Source: Emiliania huxleyi CCMP1516
Taxonomy: Eukaryota
Direction of reading: 5' to 3'
Assembly (NCBI RefSeq): GCF_000372725.1
Contig: NW_005201318.1
Span: 231,016 to 295,015 of the forward strand
Length of the DNA stretch: 64,000 bases
The notes under the pieces are model-generated. The model saw nothing but the letters and a program-made list of their open reading frames with translations, did not search any database and was not told the origin of the DNA. The translations under genes and the position numbers were made by a program. Each line of letters opens with the position of its first letter. Position 1 is the first letter of the stretch. Positions 34,249 through 45,897 of the stretch are shown here, piece by piece.

Positions 34249-35452
34249 TCTGATGCTCTTGTTCCGGCATCGCGATGGAAGTAGCCGACGAACTAGTAGC
34301 TGACCACAGCACCTAGCTGACGACAGTACGTTGGGTTCCGCTCCGCCCGCTGCCCGCCGCCCCGCCGCAAACCATTCTCCCCCCACACACACTTTGATAG
34401 CTGATACCGTGGGCCCGCGCACCCCGTGGCCGCTGGGTGCAACAACGTCCTATTCGAGAGAGGAATCCCTGGGACCCTGTCATGTGGGTGAACACTGCCC
34501 AGCCCCTGGCCTCCCTCTGTCGCGATAGAGCCGCGATGCGCGCCGATGGCGATACGCTCCGCCCCGCTCCTGTTACCTACCTGAGCTGTGCCCTGGTTTG
34601 TAGTAGTCTACCCCCCAAAACGATTTCTGACCTCTCCCGTGGCCCCGGCGGCGCGGGCCCGGCGGAGGTCCGGCGCGGCGCTCCAAATCCGCACTTCGCG
34701 AGCTTCTACGGGAGTTCACGCGGCCTCTCCGCCTCGTGAGGCACACCCCACACTCACCACGAGCCCTGGGACTGTGCGCGGATCTTTGGCCGCGGCGTCC
34801 GGAGCTTTGGTCGTCGAACATCGGCCGCCAACTAGGCCATCGAGCACGGTGGTGCGCGAGTGTTAGCGAGAAAGTTGCGGGTAGAGCCATGCCCGACTTT
34901 TCGAAGACGAGCCCCACGCCACGGATGCCAGCCGTGCCTTCGCGGGAGTCGTCTCTCGAGCCGCGTCCCGTCGGCACTGAGTGTCCCTGAGTGCGTCCCG
35001 CCTTGGCGGCACACACTCTCGACGAGGACAGTCCTGCCTAACGGGAACGTGTCGCGCGACGGCGACGATTGCGGCGTGGTCGTTGTCTGTACGAAGCGAC
35101 GATGGCACGCGCCCCCGCGAGAGAGATCACATGCCGCGCGCGCTCGCACACGCCGCCCAAGAGCACTCCCACCCTCGCCGCCCTCGCCAGCCCGCAGCCA
35201 GGTCTTTTGGGGAGAAGTGCTGAGGGAGATCAAAGCGGGAGCTGCGGGAGAAGGCGGCACGGCGGCGGCGGCGGCGCGGCGCCCCCCCCATCTCCATCCG
35301 CCTCCGGGCGTGAGTTTCCCCCCAGACGCACCCGGACGACCTCCCTGTCGACAAGGAGCCCAAATCCTCCGTCGCGGTGGTCGTTGGTCGTGACGCGCCC
35401 ACGCCGCTCTCACGCAAAGTCGAGAGCGGACAGACAGCGAACGACATTCCTC

Positions 35453-38400
35453 ATGGGCCGCAAGCCGCTCGCGTCCGCCCGCACGGCCAGCCGCTCGGCG
35501 GCGGCGGCGGCGCACGTGCTCTCGCAGTGCCTGAGGGCGGCCGCCCTCTACCTCGGCAGTGATAGCCTATTTCATGGACGGATCAGCGTGCCGGTGTTCG
35601 CGGCGGCCACGCACGCCGCCGTCGCCGCCACGCTTGCGGCGGCGTACCGACCGCCGCTTGCTGCCGCCCTCGCAAACGCGCACGCACTGCTGCTCTCTGG
35701 CGCAGCGTGTGCGGCGTCGCTCTGCCTGTGGTCGCTCGGCCTCGCGCGGTGCGGCCCGCTGCGCACCACCCTGCTCGACTACTCCGAGCTCGTCGTGGCG
35801 AACGTGCTCGCGGCCCTTTCCGGCAGGCCGGTGCGGCAGCGCGGGCGGCGGCGCGGCCTTCTCGCCCTGCTTCTCGCCTATGCCGCGCTGCTGCTCACCC
35901 ACGGCATGCACCACCGCGATGGCGGCGGCGGCAAGGCGGAGCGCTTCTTCGAGCCCGAGAGCGGGGTGTACGACTCTGCGCGCTCGCTCCTGGACTCGGC
36001 CTCCGGCGAGGCTGCGCTCGCTGCCGCCGCCGCCATCAACGCGCTGCGGCGGTCGGCGAGTCTAGAAGCGGAAGACGGATTCTTGTCCTCCACTCGAGAG
36101 GACACGCCCTCCGCTGTATTCGACCGTATTCCGCGGTCTTCACCGTGTTCGCACCCCTCGCATTCACGCGGTGCTCTGAATACAATGCACAACACCGTCT
36201 CCCGCCCTGACGCTGGCCTTCACACAAAAGCGCAGCCCAGGGCCCAGAGATCGCACGCCACACGGACAGTCGAGAACGGGCAGGCGGACAGAGACCGACT
36301 TGGTGTTCACCATGTAGGTCGGCGAGCCGCCGCCTCGAGGCTGAGGTCGGGCCAAACCGGCTGGAGGCGCTGACGCACGCTGCAGCCGGTTTGCTGCTGC
36401 TGCTGCTACTGCTTGCTCAGGCGTTGCTCGTCCTCCCTGCGCCCCTCCCCTCCCTGCCGCCGCCCGCCGCCGCTTCCGCCGAGAAGGGGCCTGCCGGTCT
36501 CGAAGATTGGCCGCGACTGACCGAGATCGACGCCTCGTCCTCCCAGGCGACACTCGCCCAATCCAAGGGCAGAGATGAGAGCCGCGAGGACGTCCACGCC
36601 AGTCTCGCTTCGGCGACGGCGGCGCCGCTCGCGGTCGCTTGGCTCGCGACGGTTCTGCCGGCGCACGCGGCCGCCGCGGCGCACGCCTGGCTGCGGCCCG
36701 CCGCCGCTGCCGCCCTCTCGGTCGCAGCCGCCTTTGGAGCCGCCCTCCTCCTCGACGCGCTGCGGGGGAGCGCCACCGGCGCAGCGTCCGCTACACCCCT
36801 CCTCTGCGCATGCGCTGCCGCCGTCGTCTACGGAGTTTGGGCGCTCCACGGAGGAGGAGGCGGCGCGGCTGCCGCGCCGCCGCCGCCGCTGCCCGTCGCC
36901 GCGCCACCGGCGCGCGGCTGGGGCGGAGAGGCGAGGCGCGCGCTGCTCGGCTCGCCGCAGGTGCCCCGGCAGAGTCTGAGATCGGCGGGAGAGGGTGGCG
37001 ACGTGCAGCGCGCGTCACAGTGTAGTCCCTGTAGTCTAGTCGTCTAGTCCCTCTAGTCCCTCTAGCCCCTCTAGTAGTCCCTCTAGTAGTCCCTCTAGTG
37101 CCTCTTCTCCCTCTAGTCCTTCTAGTAGTCCCTCTAGTAGTCCCTCTAGTGCCTCTTCTCCCTCTAGTCCCTCTAGTAGTCCCTCTAGTAGTCCCTCTAG
37201 TGCCTCTTCTCCCTCTAGTCCTTCTAGTAGTCCCTCTAGTAGTCCCTCTAGTGCCTCTTCTCCCTCTAGTCCCTCTAGTAGTCCCTCTAGTTCCTGGTGT
37301 CCCTTTAGCCGGATCTAAGACCTTGTAGATCTGTAGCCTCCAAGGCGGGTTTCGTCCAGCCATGCCGCGTGCCGTGCCGCTTAGGCGCAACGCCTCTCCG
37401 CCTTCCTCGCCCTCAACTTGGCGCTGATGGGGGTGGAGGTGGTCGCCGGCTTGCGCTCCAACTGCCTCGCCCTCGTCTCGGACGGCGCTCACATGCTCAT
37501 CGACTCCGCCGCCGTCGCCGTCGGCCTCGCCGCCGCCGCCGCCGCCTCGCTGCCCGCCGACGCATCCTTCGGCGCGGGGTACGGCCGCGCCGAGCCCCTC
37601 GCCGTCTTTGCCAATGGGCTGCTGCTGCTGCTCATCGGCGGCGGCGTGGGCGCGGAGGCGGCACGACGACTCCTCGCCGCCGCGCCACCGCCGATAGACG
37701 GCGGCGCGGCGCTGCCCGCGGCGGCGGCTGGCCTGGCTGTGAATTTGATCGGCCTCGCGCTCTGCTCGCACTCGCACATGCACGCAGGCGGGGAGTGCTG
37801 CGCGGCGGGCGGCGACGCGGCCGGCGCGGGCGGAGACAACTTGCGTGCAGTCGCCATGCACGCACTCGCGGACGCGTGCGGTTTTCCGTCGCCTAGAAGC
37901 GGAAGATCTCCCCATATCTCCCCCCGTATCTCCCCGCACCTGGCAGCACGGAGGCTAGAAGCGGAAGGCGTGCTCTTGTACTCCACCCCGCGCTTGAGAG
38001 GACACCGTACCGACAACGGAGACCAGACAGCGACGACAGTCAGAAGAGGCAGCATTGGGTCCCAGGAGGTGAGGAAGTGGTGTCTTGACCATATGCAGGC
38101 TCCGTCGGCGCCATCGTCTCCTCCCTGGCCGCAGAGTGGTACGGCTGGCGCTGGGTCGACCCAGTCTGCTCGCTCCTCACCGCCACCCTGCTCCTCACCT
38201 CCGCGCTTCCCCTCGTGCGGCGTTCGGCGAGGGTGCTACTGCTTTGCGCGCCCGCCGGCCTCGACGCGCCAGGCGCCCCCCCCCCCCCTTTCTCCACCCC
38301 CTTACCTCCCCCACCCCCACCCCCTCCCTTTCCGCCCCCTCCCTCTCCGCCCCCTCCCTCTCCGCCCCCTCCCTCTCCGCCCCCTCCCCCTCCGCCTCCT

Positions 38401-38866
38401 CCCTCTCCTCCTCCTCCTTCCCCCCTCCCCCGTCCCCAACCCTCCCCCCCTCCCCCCCCTCGGTCTCCGACTGCTTTTTGTATTTGGGACGGAAGCCCTG
38501 AACCTTTCCGCAGGCTCGACCGAGGAGCTCGCCTCGGAGATCGTTGCCGCTGTGCCAGGCGTGCGCCGCGTCGCGGACATACGAGTCTGGATGCACACGG
38601 CGGTCTCCTCCACGGCAACCACGACGGTGACGGTGGAGCCAGCGGGCAGCAGCGGCAGCTTTGGCGGCGGGGAGGGGCGAGCCTGCGCGGTCAGTCGCGG
38701 CGTGGAGGCGGTGCTTCGCCGGCGCGGCGTGGCGCGGGTGTACGTGCAGGTCTTGCGCGAGGGGAGCGGCACGTGGGCCGCAGAGGAGGCGCGGCGTGGT
38801 GGGGAAGAGGCGCGGATTGGCCGCGCGGAGGAGACAAGACGATCCGTTGGGTCGGGTGACGCTTGA
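35453..38866 (+). CDS. Multi-exon cation diffusion facilitator zinc transporter (ZnT5/Msc2/MTP12-like, long N-terminal TM region)
   Basis: LALNLALMGVEVVAG...SNCLALVSDGAHMLID, GYGRAEPLAVFANG, His loop HSHMH and NLRAVAMHALADAC|GSVGAIVSS...WVDPVCS. Introns 36052-36317, ~36961-37384, 37881-38098 and ~38273-38513. Confidence 0.88.
36061..36316 (+). mobile_element. Introner-like element, copy B
   Basis: Perfect 10-bp direct repeat GGTCGGCGAG at 36051-36060 and 36317-36326. Starts TCTAGAAGCGG. Confidence 0.85.
37020..37290. repeat. Intronic TAGTCCCTC / TAGTGCCTCTTCTCCC satellite
   Basis: Visible tandem array with a higher-order ~51-bp unit. Confidence 0.95.
37892..38097 (+). mobile_element. Introner-like element, copy C
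   Basis: Flanked by GGTTTTCCGTCG (37880-37891) and GGCTCCGTCG (38098-38107). Starts CCTAGAAGCGG, and its 3' end tggtgtcttgaccatatgcag resembles copy B tggtgttcaccatgtag. Confidence 0.75.
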
Positions 38867-39941
38867 GAGACCAGATAGACGTATACTGCAATACAATATA
38901 TGCGTCCTATGTGCGTGAGGCGGATGGACCGTGGTTCACACGACACAGACAAATGGTGACACTGAGGTGGGGGGGTGTCCTCTTCGCTCTTGCGTGTTGA
39001 TATGTGCCGAGCCGGTTTATAATTATAGCGTTTTTATCATGATTTCCTAGGAAGCGAGCTGCGAGGCCGTACGCGACTTTACCCCGACACTCGAGAGACG
39101 AGCGAGACTCGTAGGAACGACTCGTACGTACACTCGCGCGTTGGTTGCACCGCATATACTGCCGGCGACGTTTCTTTTTAGCGTTTATGCGGTATCGCCT
39201 AAAAGAGCCAGGACCCAGGTGACTCTCCCAGCGATTATGCTCGAGGCGGAAGGCTGCCTAGCCCGCTAGCCGGCTGGCGGCCGCAGGCCGCCCAATAATT
39301 GTCGCCCTCCTCGCCCAGCGCATTGCTTAGTGGTGCGCTCGCCTCCCTCCTGCGCGACGCTCATTCGAGCGCGTTCTTGTCTGTTTCGGCGCGCGCGCGC
39401 GAAGAGAGGGGGGTCGTGTCCGGTGTGAAGGGTAACCCACGAGGGTATCAACCTATCCTCTAGGGGCCCAATGCGGATCCTCTCAAGAGGGTATCAGAGT
39501 ATAGCCCTGGGGTATTATCTGGGATACGATGATACTATCCAAGCTGAAGTACCGAATCCTGTGAGGAGCCCTCCAGTGCCAAAAGAATAAACAATCCTCG
39601 CTCACAGCACGCTGGCGCGACAAGGGCGCGGACTGGTGCGGACTGGCACACACACCGGCTCCAAAAGAAGAAAATTTGGTGCCTCGCACAACACTGCACG
39701 GGACGCACTGGGACTAACACAGGTACACAAAGAATTCGTAAAACGCACTCTCGGGCGCTAGCCGGACCGATGCCGCGGGCAGCCAAGCCCAGCGGGGTCA
39801 GCTTGTTGCGCAGCCGAGCTCAACACGCACGGTGCCGAGGGCCATCTCCTCGGTGAAGCCCGCGTCCAAGAGGTCAGCACCCTGCGCCGTCCACTCTCAG
39901 AATTCACACTCACATCTTGAGCTTGAACCGTACCCGCCCGC

Positions 39942-41185
39942 TCACCGCACACCCCGAATCACTCCCTTCCCCTCGTCGCCCAAATCGTTTGCGCAAAGAT
40001 CGAGGGTGGTCAGCACCTCGTTGCCTCGCAGCGCCTCGGCGATCGCAGTAACACCCTCCGCGCGGATGCGGTTGTTGCCGAGGAAGAGTGTTTTCAGCCG
40101 CACCTCGTTGACCTCCACGTCCGCGAGCGCGATGCCGGATGCATCGTACTCACCGCTCAGGTCGACCGGAGCGGTGATCGGGCCGTTGCTGCTCAGGTCG
40201 AGGGTGGTCAGCACCTGGTTGCTCCGTAGCGCCTCGGCGATCGTAGCGGTGCCCGCATCGCCGAAGTGGTTGTGCCGGAGGTTCAGGTGGGTCAGCACCT
40301 CGTGCCCCGTAGCGCCTCGGCGATCGCAGCGGCGCCCTCGTCGCGGATCTTGTTGTTGGAGGTTCAAGTCGGTCAGCACCGCGTTAACCGCGAGGGCGCC
40401 GCCGAGCGCCTTGGCGCCCTCGGGGCCAGTCCTGTTGTCGCTGAGGTTGAGCGACTTTAGCACCTCATTGACCTTGAGCGCCTCGCCGATCGCCTTGGCG
40501 CCCTCAGCGAAGATGAGATTCATGCCGATGTCGAGGGTGGTCAGCGCCTCGCTGCCCGACATGTACTCGGCGATCTCTGCAGCGCCAGTCGTGCCAATGC
40601 TGCAGCAAGCCAAGCCCAGCGAGGTCAGCATGTTGCGCTGCCGCTCGACACGGACGATGCCGAGGGCTGCCGTTGAAACCCACGTCCAAGGAGGTCAGCA
40701 CCTCGTTGCCGCGCAGCGCCTCGGCGATCGCAGCGGCGCCCTCGTCGCGGATCTTGTTGTGGCAGAGGTTGAGGTCGGTGAGCACCTCGTTGCCGCGTCG
40801 CGCCTCTGCGATCGCGGCTGCGCCCTCCGCGCCGGGAGCGCGAGGGTGGTCAGCACCGCATTGCCGCGCAGCGCCTCGGCGGTCGCAGCGGCCCCCTCGT
40901 GGCGGATGTTTTTGTGGCTGAGGTTGAGGTTAGTCAGCACCTCGTTGCGCTCGAGCCCGTATGTTATCGCAGCTCCGCCTCGGCAGCCGATTTTGGCTGC
41001 TGCATCCCGCCACTTCTGGTTTGTCTCTGCCACAGCGCTTGCTACCAGCGGGGCGGCGAGTACCTTGAAGCGGCGGCTGCATCGTTTGAGGGCGACCGCG
41101 GAAGCGAGGACCGACTCGGCCAGCACCTTCACGATCGCTCCCAACAGCGAGTCCTCGCTTCCGTCATCTAGGTCCACGAGCATCA
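39942..41185 (-). pseudogene. Frameshifted ribonuclease-inhibitor-type LRR gene (NLRC3-like LRRs)
   Basis: Repeats of LxxLxLxxNxIxxEGAxAIAEALRxNEV are spread over three frames (ORFs 40695-41321, 40504-40785 and 39942-40631). Confidence 0.85.
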
Positions 41186-41247
41186 TATCACTTCGATCAC
41201 TCGCCCACGCCCAGTGGGGCTGGCCCCAACTCGTCGGAGCTTCCGGA

Positions 41248-41508
41248 AAAGAAAGAAACAAAATAATCGCCCCAAAAGAGGGATGGGAGGACGGCACGCC
41301 GCCACCACACAGGGATTTCACTGGAAGGAAGGTGTGTTGCTAGCCGTCGCCCACCCTTGGGTGTCTGCCCGCTTCCTATCTCTCTTCGCAGTCCCTCGCC
41401 GATTCTCGCTGCAACCTTCATGCCACCTCGCGGACGCGGTCGTCCCCCACTCTCGACGCGTCGTTCTCTCTCTTCACTTGTCGCTTCTTCCACTTCCTCT
41501 GTCGCGTC
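41248..41508 (-). repeat. Dispersed ~260-bp repeat, copy 2 (copy 1 at 15354-15590)
   Basis: Inverted match to 15354-15590. Confidence 0.9.
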
Positions 41509-41699
41509 CTCCGAGGTAACACGAATGGGGCTGGCGAGGCACTCCCACGCCTCTCGGGGTTCGTTTAGTCGGGCCCCGAGTGCGAGTCTGCTGGGGCGAG
41601 CCTTGGCGATCAGCGTTCAGCTGTTCCCACACTCGGGCGCGCGCGAAGAGGTGTGAAGACGGGGTTGTGCGATTACGTGAAACTCAGAGCCCAACGACA

Positions 41700-43814
41700 A
41701 TGCCCGCCTCGCGCTCCCGCGCCAACGCCGCGCTCCGCACGCCGCCGCCGCCGTCTGCTGACAGCGCGCCGGGTGGTGAAGTCCCAAAGAACGTCCTCAA
41801 GGCGGCTGAGGACGGCCGTGTGGGACCGGTGCGATCGTGGCTGAATGACGGCGGGAAAGCCAACAATCTCGCTGAGCTACCCTCTCAGGTCAGCGGCCGC
41901 ACGGTTCCATACACCCTGCTGATCCTCGCCGCACAGAGTGGGCACGCGCAGATTGTCGAGCTCCTCCTGAAGCGTGGCGCGGACATCAACCTGCAGAACA
42001 GTTGCGGCACCACTGCGCTCAACGCTGCCGCCTTCCGTGGCCGCGAGCGGGTGGTGGAGATGCTGCTGCAGCACGGAGCGGAGATGGGGACGGCGCTGGT
42101 ATTTTCCGCCCAGGGTGGACAAGAGCGGGCGGTCGACCTGCTGCTGCGGCGTGGCGCGGAGATCGACCTGCAAGACATGAACGGTGGCACCGCGCTGATT
42201 CTCGCCGCCTGCTTCAACCGCCCCGCCGTCGTTCTCCGCCTGCTGCGGGCGGGCGCGGACATGACGTTGCGCGATGCGGCGGGCAGGACGGCGCTACAGA
42301 TTGCCAAGGAGGACGGCCACGCCGAGTGCTTCCAGGCCTTCAAGACGTATCTCGGGGAGGTGGCTTCGCGCCGGAGCAAGGCACCATCGGCAGGCGGCGC
42401 AGTGGCGGTGGGTGCGAGTGCCGCGGCCTCTGCTCCGAGCGGCGAGGGAGGCGCGGAGGTCGAGCCGAGCGGCGGGGCGGTGCATAAGGAGGTTTTGGAC
42501 GCGGCTGAGCGAGGCGATGAGGAGGCGGTGCTGGCGTGGCTCGACGGCGGCGGGCAGGTCGACGCGGCGTTCGAGTTCGTCTTTTCGGACGGCCCTGAGA
42601 GCGGCATGACGCTGCTGATGCTCGCAATGATCTGCGGCCGCGAGGGGCTGGCCGAGGTGCTGCTCCAGCGCGGCGCGGATGTCTCGTTGCAGACCAGCAA
42701 TGGCGCCACCGCGCTGATGGGCGCCGCCGTGAATGGCCACGAGAAGCTGGTCGAGATGGCGTTGCGGCACGGCGCGGTGATCGACCAGCGAAACGAGTTG
42801 GGCAACACTGCACTAATAAACGCCGCCGGCAGAGGCCACAAGCAGACTGTCGACTCGTTGATCCGGCACGGCGCGGACATCGACGTCCAGTGCAACAACG
42901 GCGACACCGCACTGAGTCGGGCCGCTTTCTACGGCCAGCCCGCCGCCCTTCTCTGCTTGCTGCGGGCGGGCGCAGACGTGACACTGTGCAGTGCAGATGG
43001 CAAGACCGCGCTGCAGTGGGCCAAGCACAAGGGCCACACTGAGTGCGTGCGCGCCCTCGAGGAGCATGCGGCGGCCGAGAAGGCGGCGGAGAAGGCGGCG
43101 GCGGAGGCGGCGTGGGCCGCGGGAGCGGCGGAGAGGGCGGCGCAGAGGGCGGCGGAGGAGAAGGAGGCGGCGCGGCACGCCGAGGAGCTGCTGGCGGAGG
43201 TCGAGGCGGAGAAGCGCGCCAAGGGCAAGAAGAACAAGAAGAAGAAGAAGAAGGGCGGCGGGGCGGGCGGGGCGGGGCCGTCGCAGGAGCCCGAGGAGGT
43301 TGCCGAGGCGCCGTCGGAGGCAGCCGCAGCCGAGGCGGCGAAGAAGGCCGAGGAGGCGAGGCTTCTCCTGCTTCTCGAGACGCTCACCGAGGAGAGGATG
43401 CGGCTCGGCATCACGGCGGAGAGCCAGGCCGCTGCGTCGGCCGAGGTGGCCGAGGCGGCACGCTTGGACGCTGAGGCGGACGCGGCGGAGGAGGAGGCGG
43501 AGGAGGAGGCGGAGGCGGAGGCGGCGGCCGTGGCGGCGCTGGCTGTGGCCAAGGCTGTACGGGCGGAGTCCAGGGCGGCGCAGGCGGAGGCCAGGGCGGC
43601 GATGGACGAGGTCGTGGCGGCACTTGAGGAGGCCAAGGGGGCGGTGGAGAAGGCCACGGTGGCGATGGAGAAGGCCACGGCGGCGCGTGAGGGGGACGAG
43701 ACGGCGTTTGAGGAGGCTGCGGCCGCTGCCGAGGCAAGGGGTGCTGCTGCTGCCGCTGCGAGGGTCAGGGCGACCGCCGCCAGGATGGCAGCGGAGGCGG
43801 CCCAGCGCTCATAG
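41700..43814 (+). CDS. Ankyrin-repeat protein (two ANK modules) with poly-Lys stretch and Ala/Glu coiled coil
   Basis: GTTALNAAAFRGRERVVEMLL and GxTAL repeats, AAERGDEEAVLAWLDGGG cap, KKNKKKKKK. Single ORF. Confidence 0.9.
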   Translation: MPASRSRANAALRTPPPPSADSAPGGEVPKNVLKAAEDGRVGPVRSWLNDGGKANNLAELPSQVSGRTVPYTLLILAAQSGHAQIVELLLKRGADINLQNSCGTTALNAAAFRGRERVVEMLLQHGAEMGTALVFSAQGGQERAVDLLLRRGAEIDLQDMNGGTALILAACFNRPAVVLRLLRAGADMTLRDAAGRTALQIAKEDGHAECFQAFKTYLGEVASRRSKAPSAGGAVAVGASAAASAPSGEGGAEVEPSGGAVHKEVLDAAERGDEEAVLAWLDGGGQVDAAFEFVFSDGPESGMTLLMLAMICGREGLAEVLLQRGADVSLQTSNGATALMGAAVNGHEKLVEMALRHGAVIDQRNELGNTALINAAGRGHKQTVDSLIRHGADIDVQCNNGDTALSRAAFYGQPAALLCLLRAGADVTLCSADGKTALQWAKHKGHTECVRALEEHAAAEKAAEKAAAEAAWAAGAAERAAQRAAEEKEAARHAEELLAEVEAEKRAKGKKNKKKKKKGGGAGGAGPSQEPEEVAEAPSEAAAAEAAKKAEEARLLLLLETLTEERMRLGITAESQAAASAEVAEAARLDAEADAAEEEAEEEAEAEAAAVAALAVAKAVRAESRAAQAEARAAMDEVVAALEEAKGAVEKATVAMEKATAAREGDETAFEEAAAAAEARGAAAAAARVRATAARMAAEAAQRS

Positions 43815-44603
43815 CGCTGCTCGCGCGTGGCGACCACCCTGCGGACTCTCTGGGTGGAGCTTGGGAGCTTCCGTCGAGGACACGCTCGCCGGAGGGTCAT
43901 CATGCACCACTGCTATGTGTGCTGGGGTGTTGTCGCTGTTCGCTTGAGACGGGGAGGGAGGGGGGGAAGCGGGGGGGTTGGTGCCTTGTGGGGTAAACTC
44001 CGCGCGCGGACCGAGGTGCTCGCCGCGCGGGGAGAGCCGGACACTGTGAGCCGCGCGCGCGGGGCCGGCCGGGGGGGGATCACGTGGGCGGGGACAGACT
44101 CAGCTACCTTTTCGTTTTGCGCGTGGAGATCTATTGAGATCAAAGAAAGAAATGTAGGGCCCAAAATCGTGAGGACAGATCTACACTCTCCCTCTGAGTC
44201 AAAGACAGTCACCGACCTCTGTACTGACTCCTGTCTGTCTCTCTACGGTACGAACTCAAAAAAAGCAGGGCTGGAGATGTAGCGAGTTCTCTCTACACGT
44301 TCAAGAAGTCACACAGTAGACGAGACTGCGCGGGATGGCGAATGCGCGCAAACGGCAAACCGCTCACGTGACGAGAAATGCACACACACACACACAAACT
44401 GAGTAGCGAGCACAGCACACGTGCAGCACAAAAACCACAATCACAGACACAGTTCACACAAAGAACACGGTCGGCGGACCGGGACGACACGAGGTGCCAC
44501 AGATGGGCTGCGGGGCGACATGCACATGGAAAGATCGCGCCACTCCGGTGTCAACGATCGCATATACAGTGTGTGTAACACAAAGTACAAGGTCGCGATT
44601 GTT

Positions 44604-45808
44604 CTAGATGCCGAGCTCGTCCCCCTCTGGGCCATGATCTCCGCCGCCGCTCCACGCCCTGACGAGCGCGCCCTCCTTGTCCGGCCGCGCCCTGGCCCCG
44701 CGCCGCGCCTCATCGTACTGCTGCCTGGTGAACTTTGGCCCGCGCAGGTACTGCTTCGCCGAGGTGAGCGGGCACGCCATCTCGCTCGCGCCGCCCGAAG
44801 GCCGGGCCTCCTTGACGGCGCGCGGGTCGACGGTCTCGCGGATGTACGACTGCAGCAGCTTGACAAACCCGCCCTTTGCCTTGCCGCCCTTGGCCTCGGA
44901 GCCGCCGGTGCCCTTGACGTGCAGCGGGCTCTTGCTTGGCGGCCCGCGCGCCGGATCGCCCTCCAACTCGCGGGCAAACGAGACGAGGTACATCCCGGCG
45001 AGCGAGATGTGCTCGCGCCGCCACGCACGCAGCGACGCGACCGCGCGCGTGTACGGCCCGCGGTCGAGGGCGGGGTGCGCGTCGAAGAAGGCGCGGAGGC
45101 TGACGGCGGGCTCGGCCGTGAAGCGCTCGACGAAGCGGCGCTGCGAGGCGGGCATGAGGCGGCGCTGCTCTCGCAGGAAGGGCTCCTCGTGCGTCAGTCC
45201 GAGGATCGCGTCGAGGACGTGCCAGCTCCCCTGCTGCCCCGCGTTCGCGCCGGGGATGCCGCCGAGCACAACCGACGTGAGCGCGTCCGCGGTGCCCTCG
45301 ACGCCCGAGAAGGTGAGGCCGGTGGGCAGGTGCGAGCGCGAGAACTCAGACGAGGACTGCCACCCCTCAAAGTAGCGCCGAAATATGAGGAAGTCGTGCG
45401 GGTCGAGCCGCTCGAACATGCGGCCCATCACGAGGCGTGCGTCGTCGAGCCGCGACGCCAGATCGTCGCAAAACTCGGCGGCAGCCCGCGCGTGCGCCGG
45501 GTCCACCGCCGTGTCTGGGCCTATACCGCCCGTGTACTGCGGCAGGATCTCCTCGCGCAGGAGCAGCGCCCGGCCCATGAGCGGATCGAGCAGCCGGAGG
45601 ACGGCTCCCTGGATGACGCTGAACCAGCGCTCGTGAACTCGAGATGGATCAGGTCTGGGTCGGCCGTGCTGTCGCCGCCAGCTCCAACCATATTCCACAT
45701 GATGACTGCGTCAGTGTAGACTGGCTCGCAGCCAAGCGCCTTGGCGACGTGCCAGTACGGCGCGGCAATCGTGCGCGGCAGCACTCGCTGGAGCTGCGGC
45801 TCGGTCAT
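44604..45808 (-). pseudogene. Indoleamine 2,3-dioxygenase (IDO)-like gene, 5'-truncated with a frameshift near 45635
   Basis: LPRTIAAPYWHVAKALG..P..WN and EFT in one frame. ERWF, GANAGQ, LDAILGL, MPASQRRF, heme-ligand RREH..LAGMYL and KGTGGS are in another. Confidence 0.8.
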
Positions 45809-45897
45809 ATTGGCCGCTACACGCTCTGGACCTCCTGCACGGGTGGATTTTCTTTCTTTGTCAATTGTTACACGCAATTGTGGCGCTTTCTCTAGGT

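Noticed and set aside
37020..37290. CRISPR-like or coding repeat array
   Set aside because: Simple tandem satellite without unique spacers, inside an intron; no cas genes.
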